From positions 1-64,000 of the forward strand of contig JBEUKZ010000023.1 in assembly GCA_048128005.1 (NCBI GenBank): 64,000 bases of DNA, given 5' to 3'. The position numbers and the translations under genes are program-made. Within the stretch, counting starts at the first letter, position 1. Every line of letters starts with the position of its first letter. This document shows positions 13,908-27,705 of this stretch, one piece after another. This DNA comes from Veleropilina oligotropha (lineage: Eukaryota). The notes under the pieces are model-generated. The model saw only the letters and a list, made by a program, of their open reading frames with translations, was not told the DNA's origin and ran no database searches.

Positions 13908-16669
13908 TTCAGTCGTCCTGGTTTCAGTATGAATGAGATGTGCGTGGTATGCACGCACGTGGCTACGATTGAAACAGCAATAGGGTCTACTAACAGTGAA
14001 TTTAGAAACGTTACTTGTTATTCCGTTTATTTACTTATGTATACTTACTTAAAACGATGACAATTTTCTTTTATAATTAAGAAGAGAGTTGAATGGCTCT
14101 CTCAATTATATATATACTTTATCTCCTATATTTCTTACTGTGACCCATCTCCACAATTATATATAATTCATTTCGACGCCGTGTGGCTTTTCTCGCCGGG
14201 AGAATATTTCATAATACACCAGTTTTCCCGACTGTGTCGTGCAGGTGTTGAATTTCAAATGTTGTTTATTTCATATGCTTTCTAGAGCGGACAGGTCACC
14301 TGTTGGTCAGCCTGTCATCTTTGGTTGTATAAGAAAGCAAAGCTACCAAAAATACACAAATGTCAAGGTTGTGTTAGTACATTCGTCCCAATAAGTATAA
14401 CAAAGATTGATTCCATTGTCCGAAAGACGTATCATAATTATTTCTTTGAAAAATAGATGTCAGTAGCTCTGTCATGTATGTCGATCAGAGCAGAAATAAG
14501 AGAACGTTTACATTAGTAGACGCGTGTCGTTAATTTTAATTTAATAAATTCATTATTGTTTGTATGATGTTTATTTGCAATTAAACAACGCATGTTTTAT
14601 AATAACTTCAATTTGCCAAAAGTCGCCCATGGTGGTATCTTAAAATTTGCCACACGGGAGATAAATATAGAGAAAGTGTTATAACCAAGAAGTCGGCTAC
14701 GTCGTCACATGCGAGGTTACTGTAACGAATTCGTTTACCTGGACTACTTCGATTAACAGAACCAAATAACATGGTCTCTTACGATTTATTCCATTTGTAT
14801 CAACGAAGAACATGGTCGATATGGTGCACATTATTTACGTTGCCACGAACAACAACTCGGTCTCTAGGTGCTCATTGCTTTCGGTCCAAAGCCCTCTCTG
14901 TATTGGAGAACTTGATACAACAAGTGGTGAATCGTAAATTTCAAAAACCGGGTATCGTCATCAAAGTTCCAGACAAAACCACGACTCGTCTGCGAAGATA
15001 ACATTCCATTGTGTTCTGTTCCACCCACGGTGTTCCTTTGTCAACTGTAGTCTAGAGCGAAGATGTGGGTCGTATGTCGGTGTCTGTGGTGCTTTTTTAT
15101 CTCAATCCATTTTGGTGAATGTGGGTGCAGCTTGCCTGGAAAACAATCTCATCATATTGCCAATTGCACCCTTGCCAAAAGTTCTCATTTCGAATGAAAG
15201 CTGTCGGTCTTTTTCTCTATGATAACGACAATAAAATTCATCTATCCTCTGTTGGATTTGTGCACCCAGTTTTCCAGATTGGGATTTGTCCTTGACATCA
15301 CCAGTGTAACGGTATCAGCGAAAGGAAAGGATCGATGCTTAATATCCGGTATATTTACAACCATCAGGTTCAAATCAGGGCATGTCCATATTATCGCGGA
15401 AAACCGATTGTCTCGGATTTAAACCCACCCTCTCCGATCAGTTGCGGACAACTGCGATTCATAATTGAAGAAATAATGTCATGTCTCAAGCGAGATTCGA
15501 CTACTGTTCGTGTCATTGGAATGAAGCCACTGATTTTCGGAGTCGGCAACCGAAACCACACGACTGTCTGAGCGGCGGACGGTATCAGCGAACATGTTTT
15601 TCAATTGTTTTCTTGAATTCATGGATGTTAATGAAAATATGCGCACAGGATCTACCGGCATCCTATTACAATATTGGATTGAATCGATGCTTATTATCCT
15701 GTATATTTACAACTTTCGGAGTCAAACCAGGACATAATCCATATTACCGTCAAAGGAAGGCCCGATCGCCCTCGGAAATCCGTTCTCTCCGACCAGTTAC
15801 GGACAACTGTGATCGATAAATGAATAAAGAATGCCATTTCCACAACCGAAATTTGATAACACAATGAATGAAATTCGTTACAATTTAGTGTTTTATTTAG
15901 ATATTAAACAAGTATATGATATTTAACATAACAGCGTATTTGAGATCCAAATACATATGGACCTTGCAGCTTCAACCGGGTGAGTCATTGCAGGGGGATC
16001 GATGATTTTTCAAAGGGGGATTCGAATAATATAATATACTATCTCCACTCTACGCGGAATAAAATTTTGACAATTAACTGCGAAAAACCGCTCTCCAACA
16101 TTTAGGAACGATTTTCACCAAGTTTGACGAGAAAATATTTCGTTTTTGTCACTAAGGGAAGGGGGGCGTTCGCACCTCCGCGGTATATGTTTTTTCTGAT
16201 CGTATATGATCTTAAACCCGTGATTCCGATTCTGCGATTTGACGGGACAACTGCTAATACTGGTCTTAACGCATATAATGTAATCAAAATAATTATTTTC
16301 TGAATTTCAAAAGGAAGGATCCGGACTTCCCTGGATCCCCCTATGGGATGGAATACACATTAAGACAAGAAACAATCTATAGTAGCCTCTATAGTTTCAG
16401 ATTTTCACCTGTAAATTATACAAACGATTTTACTCTAGCATGTCCGTCTTATACATACAAGCTAAACAATATGCCGCATACACTGCTACAAATAAAATTT
16501 ATTAGCATAAAACAAAATTGTTACCGGAATGAATATGAATATATCATGGTTTGTTTTATCTGCAAAACAATCCAACGCTTACGAGCACATGCATCGCTTT
16601 TGAAGTCGAGCGATATATTACTCGCTACTACCGTAGAATAAATTTCCAACATTAACCATGTATACAGGC

Positions 16670-17435
16670 CACGGGCCATTGACGCTAACCAGAAATATGA
16701 GCGAAATCCATCATCGACTTGCTACCCACCCACTGATTACGTATAATATATAAGAGGGCATCCATCTTTAATTTTTCGGTTATTCACTTGCCCCTCTTCG
16801 AATCGCATTTCACCTACCAGAAGCAACATTAATAAAGGAAACGTACTATCATGCAATGCATTACATACTTATCTTCGCCCCACTTGCCTCATTAGAGCCG
16901 AAAAGCCGATTCCATAACGGTAAAAGCGACATTTGTTCGTCCCTTGGGCCACATCTTCTAAATTTGTCGAAACGCTTCTGTAAATGACAATCTCCACGCA
17001 TGCGCCGATTATGCTTCGCTACATTGTGTATGGATGCAAGGGAAATAACTCGTCTCTTATGTCCCTTGCATCCATACACGATGTAGCGAAGCACAATCGG
17101 CGCATGCGTGGAGATTGTCATTTACAGAAGCGTTTCGACAAATTTAGAAGATGTGGCCCAAGGGACGAACAAATGTCGCTTTTATCGTTATCGAATCGGC
17201 TTTTCTGCTCTAATGAGGCAAGTGGGGCGAAGATAAGTATGTAATGCATTGCATGATAGTACGTTTCCTTTATTAATGTTGCTTCTGGTAGGTGAAATGC
17301 GATTCGAAGAGGGGCAAGTGAATAACCGAAAAATTAAAGATGGATGCCCTCTTATATATTATACGTAATCAGTGGGTGGGTAGCAAGTCGATGATGGATT
17401 TCGCTCATATTTCTGGTTAGCGTCAATGGCCCGTG
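16670..17435. mobile_element. 766-bp foldback/MITE DNA transposon with 8-bp TSD
   Basis: Near-perfect palindrome (cacgggccattgacgc...gcgtcaatggcccgtg) centred near 17052. Flanked by atacaggc at 16662-16669 and 17436-17443. Confidence 0.93.
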
Positions 17436-17550
17436 ATACAGGCCTATTCAACAAATAACGCATATATTATTATCAAACAAGTATAACATAATAGCACTTA
17501 TAATATGCATTCAATGTTCACAAACAAATGTATAGCAAATAACAGAAAAA

Positions 17551-20500
17551 TTACGCGAAAACACCAGTTATGAACCATAGGAACACGATTGCCATGACAA
17601 TAACAACAAAAGTCCAGTTTTCGGCATTGCCGTTTTCTTGCGTCATTGATTTCGTTGTCTCGGTCTGAGATTTTTTGCCTGAAATAATGTCGTTAATGAC
17701 TCTGGCGATTTCCCCAGGAGCCCCTTGCCAGCGTCCAGGACCGGTCAATCTATATTGGGCTGCGATGCACGGTCCCATAATGCATTTCAGCATTAATATG
17801 GGATCCGTTAGTGCCAGATGAAGGAAATTTGGTTTGATACCAATCAATGTCGCAACATCATCCATGTATTCGATGAAGAATGCCTGGAATAAGACAAGAT
17901 TATTGGTTAAAGAAAAGTAACATCAACAAATTCAGTAACTGTAATTGTCGCAAATCTGCTTGCAAAGTCGAAAAGATAAATATCGCAAGATCAAGTTTCC
18001 TACCTGCAATTTATGACGCCTTGATGTCACGTACTGTCTTGAATTTTCATCTGATTTCTTTCGAATGTCCTCTACCATAACTTCTTCAGTTGGAAGACGT
18101 GCGTGGCCTACAAGAACACAATACAAATAGATCATACAGACAATTTTCCAAGAAATGTGTGAGCTCAAATGGTTCTGTACCATCGAGTAAGAAGATAACG
18201 TTGGATGGAACATATGATGGAGCCCAAAATTTGAAAACTCATTGCTGAGAGCTGATTCTACTTGATACTAACTCTATTAAAATTAATCAAGACAGTTTTC
18301 TCCAATGTGCACCCATGGTTGATAGAAACTTGTCTCAAATTGGAATAGTTCAATGCCCTTGAACCGATAGATTTTTCTTTGAAAAAGTACTTCTCGCACC
18401 GACATAAAAATTGCTTCACTCACCCGCCATCACGTGCGTATACCATCGACTCTGCATCTCTGAGATAGGCATGACGGCACCGATGGCTTGGATGAGTCCA
18501 ATGACGCCAAGGCTCGGGTGACGTAGATGCGGTGGGAACACGTACTTATACAGCGAAGACCTGTTGTCCCTCGTGTCCAGAATGGACTTGTCCAAGAATG
18601 GATACCGATAGTTGTATCCAGTAGCCAGAATAATGGCATCTACTTCCAGGTAACTATGGTCAGAGAACACCACACCTTGTTCGCAGAAATGAAGAACGTT
18701 CGGTCGAATAAGAACCTTCTCGGTCATGATTTGCGTCGGCAAATCGTCGTGGATCGTCGGGTGGGTCTGTAAGCCACTGAAATTAGAGAAAAAGTATATT
18801 ATAGAACGATGTTACGAGAAACAGAAATCCCCTATCAATCCCCTTGTCAATGGCAAATTCCATGCAAATTGTTTCTGTCCTTTAATTTCAAGACAATTTT
18901 TAACGTTAGAACGGACGTACATCTCACATTGCCGAATTTTACCAAAATACGACCAAAAAAATCAAGATGGACTTCTATCTTGCGAAGAAGGTTGAATAAA
19001 GAAAGATATGTCTTTGAAATGATTTATATTCATAATTTCACTGGGAAGTCAAAATCGTCGACCCAAAACACGCTACAGTGAATATGATATCTAGTGCTCT
19101 AATTATATCTTAGAATTTAATAGCATCTGCCAATGGATGTGATATCATTTTTGCATCGGTTGTATTGAAAAGCCTCGTACCCATGGTTCGGTAGCAATCC
19201 GTAAGCTTTATGGTCAAACCGAAGTTTTGCCATCCATTCCACCATCCATTCCATGGTGGACCGAGGCATTGTGAACATGATTCGGCTGTTAGCAAGAGCG
19301 TCGGCCGGAATTCCGAATGGTCCCTTTCGACCGATGACCCAAGCACCGCGACGAGTACTGATGTAAACCTACAGACAGACAACACGTCAACAGTCAACAT
19401 GATGTTCTTTGATGCGGCATTGCTGATGTATATGTTCGTATATTGAGTATCAGGATTGGTATACAATTTATTTTAGAACATTTCTTGCTTTTGCAAACAC
19501 AAATTATGTAATGATGGTGAAAACAGCTTAGTATTGAATTCGATATGTATTTGAATACAAAATATAAAGCAGAATGTTGCAATAAATGGGTTAAATCAAA
19601 GTGTTAAGTGAAATGCGATTCCGATGTTCAATTGTTAACAATATAGGACTAAGTTGATAGTACATACGTTTCCAGATGAGTCAAAGCTACACTAGGAGGT
19701 ATAATATAAACTTTATAAAGGCAGATCTACTAGTATCTAGTAGTGTATTAGAATTGACACCTGTAAACCAATAATTTATTTAACAATCATATAGCTTAGA
19801 TATTAACAAAGATTAGCCATTCGTCCATTATAACCGGCTTGTTTATATGCCATTTCAATATTTTATCGCACTATTATTCAATGTGGTGAGAAAGTACATT
19901 TGTATGATGGCCAAACACGTACCTGAGATGCGATGTTGCTAAGATCAACGGCAATGTCCACCGCCGAATTACCCATTCCTGAAAAAACGATGTTTCATTT
20001 TAAATACCACGTAAATTATCGAATTGTATGTTTAAACACTACATGTATTTTACTTCGCACACCTTGAAGATAATTGTATATATATACATTTTATTATTTA
20101 AATTAATCAAATAGAATCAGTAAAGCAAGTGATTGCTACTTTAAGCGACCACTGTCCCAGCATCTACGCCTTCAGATATTAACTTCAAAGTACAAAAAAC
20201 GACAAGTTTTGAAAAAAAATATTCATACTTTAACTATCCGTTATATGGTTAGTTAATATGTTAACAATTTATCTACGTAAATAAAAAATTGTGAGATAAT
20301 TTATCACATCTTTGCCGCCATAGACTGTGGCCAAAATCATTCCCAATATTCGAACATGATCTGTTCCAAGATGTGGTTAATTGAACTAGCCGGAAATTAT
20401 TTAAATGAAAAAAAAACTTATTAAAGTGGCAGAGAGTTTAAAGACAAAATCCCTCATGACGTGGTTATTTGATCTGTAATATTTGTATAGGCCTACCCAT

Positions 20501-23314
20501 ACAGTCACTAAATTCTTGAAAATTTATGACACCCTGTACGGTGTCTATAACCGCAAATTCTTGTGTAATATTTGTATAGGCGGCCTACCCATGCAGTCAC
20601 AAAATTCTTGAAAATTTATGACACCCTGTACGGTGTCTATTATCGCAAATTCTTGTGGTGAAAAAACTGGAACTTAACATAAATCTTGATCTGGATGTAT
20701 ATCATAATAGGAAACAATTATATAATCCAGAAGTAGGTCACTCATTAGCTGTGACGGGTGACGTCATGCACCTGTCTATTACTGGTCGGTAATCGTTGTC
20801 ATCATGGCGTTATTGCTTGTCATTTTAGTACCCTGTGAAATTTCCCCATGGCGTATTCTAATTTTGTAGTAATTTATCAACTTTTGATAGATTATTACGA
20901 CATCATATACCGAAAACTGACGTAATTTTTTGTAATATTTTATAATTTCGGCAGAGCTCGATATCTCAGTAAAAGTGTCAGACAATCGTCAAATGATAGA
21001 ATGTGGCTTGGGTGTAATGTGTGCCAGGAATAATATTGGTGGGGATTATTTTAGTAATGTTTTCATATTTACTGATGTCGTTTAGGTTACAATATTGTTA
21101 TGACATCATCCTATTGTGTTGGGAAATCTAGAAGAATTAACCTGATCGATGTTTTATTTAATTCCCTTTTTTCGTTATTCTAAAGACTAAAACTATATTT
21201 CAAACCAGTAATTACAATGTACTGAATTATTTATTTAAAATCCAGTCTTAAGTTATGTTATAAAAACTCAGTAAATACCACGAAAGCAACCTTAAAGAGA
21301 TTATTCGCATAATGTTTGCCAAAGATGTGTTTCCTCGTGAAATTTCATATTTCACGGCGAATTGATTCAGTATTATAAGTATATTTGCGAAACAAAAATA
21401 CATCCCTGCCGTTTCGTGTGTAGATTAATGTTCGATACCTTTGAGATAGTTACTCGGTGTTAGGTAATTTGCTTCCAGCCAAAATAAAGTATTTGAAAAA
21501 CATTAATATTATTTTAATGTTCACAAATATATATCGCGGTTATACAAAAATGTTAAAAATAAAAGAGCAATTGGACGTTATAGCCCTTGTAAGAACATTA
21601 TCGAGAATATATATCGCTACATAAAACAAGAAGATGTAATTTGTAATTTGTATTACCTACAAGGATGCCAATAAGTTTGCTTGTAAATTACCCATCTTTC
21701 TTAAATTGAGAAATTATTAATTATGTTAGTATTAGCCTACTAAATTGTAATAAATAGCTGTATGCAAAAATTGTTTGTACTCAGGCAACAAGGACTTTAT
21801 ATTACTTTATATTGTTATTTAAGTTATTGTGTTCATTAAAAACTTAATGAAAATATTACAAGTTTAAAATGTCTGCCAAAGTTCCTGAAGTCATTTAATT
21901 TATCAATAAGACTTTAAAATTCTGCAAGAAGAGCACTGTCATACCTAAACAAATTATAATGGTAATGCTAAACGCTGTGAAATTATATGGTACTTTGTTA
22001 CAAAGAAGAGTTGATAACTTTGTTTACGACCCCTTTGGCAATTTTTCAGCCTTAACGTGGTCGGGACACCCGGTTTAAGGTCTCACTCTGATCTGACCGA
22101 CATACATTAGGGATATGCCATCCATTAGTTTTAAGCCTTAGAATAAGCCATGCCGGAGCGGGTTTGAACCCACATCCTACCGTCCGATATAATGTTTTTC
22201 CGACGCTTTATCCAGTTGAGCTATCGAGGACAGTTTGTTACAAAAACTTGTCCTTAAATTGATATGAGGCCAAATATGACGTCAAATTATAAATGTTCTG
22301 AAATTCGTACGACTTTCGAACTTCAAAACATTTCCATAAACAAGATATGCGTTCAGAAAAGCAAACGCGAAAATAGAAGTAAAAGAAGTAATTATTACTT
22401 TAATGTTTAAAACAAAATAAAAAAATAAGATGAGGTTTGATTTTCATATGACTATATTCGTTGATAAGCGTATTTAATAATTGCGTTTTGGGAAATTGTA
22501 AAAGATCATTACTGTATGTTGGAAAAGGCATTTGCTATCTTTCTTTTATAAATAAAAGGGTAAATTCCAAAAACAACAATGCTGAAAAACCAAGGTAAGC
22601 GATTCCCAATAGTTGTTGTGTTTAAAACCAATAATGGTATAACTAAATCAGAACCTAAATATATCTTTGTTGTTCAACAGTTCATTCATTTTATCCAGAA
22701 GATAATACATAATTAAGATAAAAATGTTTAAACGAAGATTTCTTACCAATTATCAGTACCCGCTTTCCGGCATATGGGATCGGATCGCGATAGTCGTGGG
22801 AATGGATGATGGGACCTTGGAATAAGTGTTGGTCCGTGAAAGTCGGTAAATATGGATACGCATGATGGCCCGTACATACCATGACCCCGTCAAACCTCTC
22901 TTGGAGCACTTCGTCGGTCTTTCCGACGATATATGCAACAATCCAGGCTCCTGTCTCCTTGTAGTCCGGACTCTGTGTGATGGTGATTACTTTAGTTTGG
23001 AATCGGATATACGGAAGCAATTCAAATTTCGCCGCATATAGTCGGAAATATTCTAGGACGTATCTTCGCGGCATAAACACGGGGAAGTGATTTGGAACCG
23101 GAAAATCGCTGTATGATATCATCTCCTTGCTTATGTTTATGACGCAAGAATGATAGACGCTTCCTTTACGTTCGGTCAAATTTCGGGAAAAATTCCACAG
23201 TCCTCCGATATCAGATTCTTGTTCCAGACATACGGGTTCCAGATGTTCTTCCAGACAGCATTTGATGGCGGTTAAACCGCTGCAGCCGGCTCCAATGATC
23301 GCGATTCGTTTCAT
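17551..23314 (-). CDS. FMO: Flavin-containing monooxygenase (FMO5-like), 6 coding exons: 23314-22747, 19978-19923, 19368-19181, 18776-18424, 18107-18004, 17883-17551
   Basis: GT-AG introns with consistent phases give 1602 nt (533 aa). Motifs: FAD GAGCSG, FMO signature FQGPIIHSHDYR, NADPH GMGNSA, ATGY, and a C-terminal hydrophobic anchor. Confidence 0.95.
22010..22232 (-). mobile_element. tRNA-derived SINE (family A) in FMO intron 1
   Basis: The minus strand reads gtcctcgatagctcaactgg (A-box) ... gggttcaaaccc (B-box), followed by the family A body. Confidence 0.8.
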
Positions 23315-25087
23315 GATTACGATTCGTGTTTATTTCTTATTGTGTTGCCGTTTCTATCAAAATTTCAAGATGACTTCCAGGAATCTCCATTTTATATCAA
23401 TAAAAACATTATTGCAATTTTCGTTATTTTACCATCTTCCGTATCTTGAAGTCATATTATGAATGGCCAGAGATAACGATGCTTGACCACATATATAACA
23501 GCGTTCCGCCCCAGTGACGTTGTATTACAGAGGTCAAGAACATCTTTAAAGAACTCGTCTTTTGTTCATTTGATAACGAGAAGCTTTTAAGCACGTGCAG
23601 TGAATCAGATTAAACGTTAACATTATTTAAAGTTAAATGTTATTTTCTAATCATTCTAGTGCCAAGATCTGGTTACAACTTTGTGTTAACAATTGTTGTA
23701 AAATTTTATAATTGTGCTAACAATTACCCAGACCGCGTGTTTACACATTTATTCGGTATCATTACTTATATTTGAAACAAGGATACGAAAAGCCTTGTGA
23801 TTGCTTAAAATTAAGAAATCTATAGAAACGATGTTAAATGCTTTTTAAATTAGAACCGAAAATTTTCAAACTAACGAAAAAATTATCTGGAAGTTCACTA
23901 ATAATTCACTTACTAATGTCTGTATTTATGTGTTTTACGTTTGTTTATAGAGGTGATGCATATAATTATTTATCACATGACAACGCTATTATCAACGGCT
24001 AAACCCATTTCATAAATTCAATATGAATCACACGTAACATAAGTATGCAAATGAGGGTGAGCATGTTGCCATCCGAAGTCGCCTCTGCCGCATCACCCTA
24101 ATTAACATATTGAATTATTCATACGCGTTGACTTGTTCTTTGCTGACAAAACAAAGACGTCTTATCTAGTCACAAATTACCGGACTATTTTTATTGGCGT
24201 ACGTGTGTACTTTGGCGTGGCACGTGCTGACGAGGCGTGATGCGTCTGAGGCAGGCCATTTTATTACATTAAATACTGACATAAATCAGTTTAAAAACGT
24301 AAAGAAATCAGTTTAAAAACGTAAAAATATAAGTTTAAAGGTAAATAAAGTCATGTGATAAAGAAGATCTCAAACTCGTTTCAATTTCATATGAGAATTA
24401 TGAAACTCGTCAGCAAATTTATGTACATAAATTGTGCCCGACATCACCGTAATTAACATATTGAATAATTAATACGCGTTGACTCGTCGACGGTCTGCTG
24501 ACAAAACAATACGTATATGTATTTTGGCGTGGCACGTGCTGTCGAGGCGTGATGCATCTGAGGCACGCAGTTTTATGACTGAAAGTACTGACATAAATCG
24601 TTTAAAAACGTAAAGAAATTAGTTTAAAAACGTAAAAAAATAAGTTTAAAGGTAAATAAAATCATGTGATAAAGAAGATCTCAAACTGAACAGTTAACTG
24701 TGACAGTTAACTGCGCCAAGTTCGGAACCAATGATTGGAACCGAATCATGTGAAGAAGAGCAGTCATGTAGTCTGCAGATATTTCGCATAGCGATTCGAG
24801 TGTTATGGAGAAGCGTTATGTGTATATCGCGCAGGGGCGTCAATGTATTATGTCATATATACCGACAAATCTATTGTACATTTGAAGGTTTAACCCTTTA
24901 AATGTACATGGAAAAGGCGATATCACCCCATGGCCGCGATATGAAAAAGTGGACTCTTCCTTTCAAAAGAGTCTCGCGCCTTATAAATTCGTTTGTTACG
25001 GTCAACTACTGGGCGCAACCCGATCTCGAGTTAATCCCATTATTTGAGATTTTATCTGGAACAATGGAGTAACCGTCACCATGAGTC

Positions 25088-25512
25088 CAATAGACGATTT
25101 CACTCCGAGTTCCCCCGAACACCCACAGAAATACACGGCTGTTCGCCGATATGCCGAACGTATCGACCAATCAGCGGCTGGCAGTCAAACAACATGGCGG
25201 CTCCCAGGTAGTTATGCCGTCAACTTTATGTGGCCTTAATATTGTCAATGCTGGTTTGAAGATACAATCAGAATCACCGGATCATTTTTAGGGGGTAAAA
25301 AGTTGCATACACACCGGAATTCCCGGGAAATTCTACTTACCCGCACGTGCCCCGATGTAAACAAGATGCAGACGATGTCGCGGCCGCCATTGTTTGACTA
25401 CCAGGCCCAGCAGTCACATGACTTGGCGCCATGTCACATGACTTGGCGCCATGTGACTAAAATCCCGAGCGGTTTCCGAATATTGCCGAATGTCTGGTGA
25501 AATCGTCTATTG
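25088..25512. mobile_element. MITE with 16-bp TIRs
   Basis: caatagacgatttcac ... gtgaaatcgtctattg. No coding capacity. Confidence 0.7.
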
Positions 25513-27275
25513 TTTAGTTAGCGTTGTATATTGAAACAATGCACTTCTGTTCACACGTCGTTTATTAGCAAATACGTGGACAATGAAATGTGATAATTTT
25601 CAGCATGGAGCCGACGCGGCTGTCTTGAGGAGGTTTCCTCACTTTGCCATCAACTATTGTTGTGTATTCAAGCATACAGAGATGAGAATAATGCCAGTTC
25701 CAGTGGGTCATATACATGAAGGACTCGAGGGTATTAAGGAGGGTAGTAATTAGAGGTGTAATTAAGGAGGGCAGTAATTAGAGGTGTAATTAAGGAGGGT
25801 AGTAATTAGAAGTGTAATTAAGATTTCAACACTCAATATTACCAGTTACCAGATAATTTCAAGATGGCGGACGAGTGAAATCAACAGCACGGTGCTCTCG
25901 GCAAATCACGATCAAATTCCATATAATCCTTTATTAATAAAAAATAATTATCTTCAAAGCTTTATAAGAAATCAGCGAACAAATCTGCCGACGCCTGGAG
26001 AGCAAAGCAGAGGACAAAAAGCGAAAAAAAAAGAGAAAGGCCTCGACATCGCCGGCGTGTACAACAAATTCGCCCGATTTTGCAGCGTCCATGACAACCA
26101 GCTTGACAACAGTTCATTCTGAACAGGGATCGAACGTAAACACGCAAGTTGAGGCGAGTTGCCCACCATGGGCTCAATCGCTTGTCACACAGGTCAGCGA
26201 AATGAATCAGAAACTGCAACATATAGATATATCGCTACGTAATATGAGCCGAAAAGTTGACAATATAGAGAGCAAACTCAACGTGACGATAATCGAAGTG
26301 GACAAAATGGCTAAAGAAATCAGGAGCGTTCATGTACAGATAACCAGTGTCGAATCGAGCCTACATTTCCAGAGAGATACAATCGACGAAATAAAGGCAA
26401 TTAGCACAATGCACCGTACAAATCGAGTCACTGAACGAAAGCGTGTGTCAGGCCCGTGCCGCTATTGAATCTCTCAATGATGAAATACTGGACCTAAAAT
26501 AGTAAAAACGCGATCCATGAGAGATAATTTAGTGTTTTACAATATCCATGAAAAATCAAACGAAAATCCAGAGGAGGTAGTCCGCCGGTTTTGCGCCACG
26601 AAATTGAGTATGGATGACATCTATGCGAAGCAGAAAGATCGACAGGGCACATCGAATGTGACGTAAAGCGAGCGATAAACATAGGCCTCTGGTGGCAAAG
26701 TTAGATTATTTCAAAGATAAAGAAGATATAAGGCGCAGGGCCTCCAAATTACGAGGAACACCTTTTGGAATATCAGAACAGTTCCCGAACGAAATACGAG
26801 AACGCAGGCGTGAACTGATACCCATTTTAAAGCGGGCTAAAGAACAAGGGAAAAGGGCATCATTGGTCGTCGATAAATTATATATCGACGGTCGCCAGTA
26901 TCGAAAAGATTAGGGATACGCGGCGGACCCGCTCCACGTAAGTTCATGAAACATCAATGGACTAACAAGTAAATTAAACGATTCTTATTTTGTTAATTGC
27001 ATTAGAAAATATGATATAATATTGTTTACCGTGGTTATATTATACTGATTCTTGTAATAGTGATGACTATGAATGTATACATGTAAATAGACCGAGAGCT
27101 AGAAATGATAGAAAACGAGGACGAAATGATGGTGGTATCTCTGTATATTTTAAGTCCGTTTTAAAAGAGCGAATTGAGATTGTGAAACGAGACGCTGCAG
27201 GCGACTTTGGGTTAAACTATATATATTTATAAAAATGTCATTCTTCCATGTGAGCGACGACATATTTGTATCACT

Positions 27276-27430
<155 letters not shown>

Positions 27431-27469
27431 TAAGCTCGAGCTACTTGAATGAAAATGATGACTACTTTT

Positions 27470-27705
27470 GGGGGCACTTGCAGTTTAAGGGTACCCAGTA
27501 TAGGGTTAGCTAACCCTGCTTACTAATACACTGACCCTAATGCCCATAGAATATGCTCCTAAACCCTAATGCCCATAGAATATGTTCATAAACCATAATG
27601 CCCATATTGTAAGGTAATGTTCATAAAACGTGTCGAAAATTGAATATTGATCATGGGTATATGAACGAATAGTAACCTGGGGACCCTTAAACTGCAAACT
27701 ACCCT
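27470..27705. mobile_element. Small MITE nested in LINE ORF2
   Basis: Inverted ends ttgcagtttaagggt..ccag / ctggggacccttaaactgcaa, with internal short tandem repeats. Confidence 0.65.

Noticed and set aside
16861..17244. Two near-identical 86-aa ORFs on opposite strands
   Set aside because: They are mirror products of the palindromic foldback element, with no protein features.
22150..22232. tRNA genes (also ~8361, ~33000, ~58560-58630, ~63850)
   Set aside because: A/B boxes are present but the cloverleafs are degenerate, and most are attached to repeated SINE bodies.
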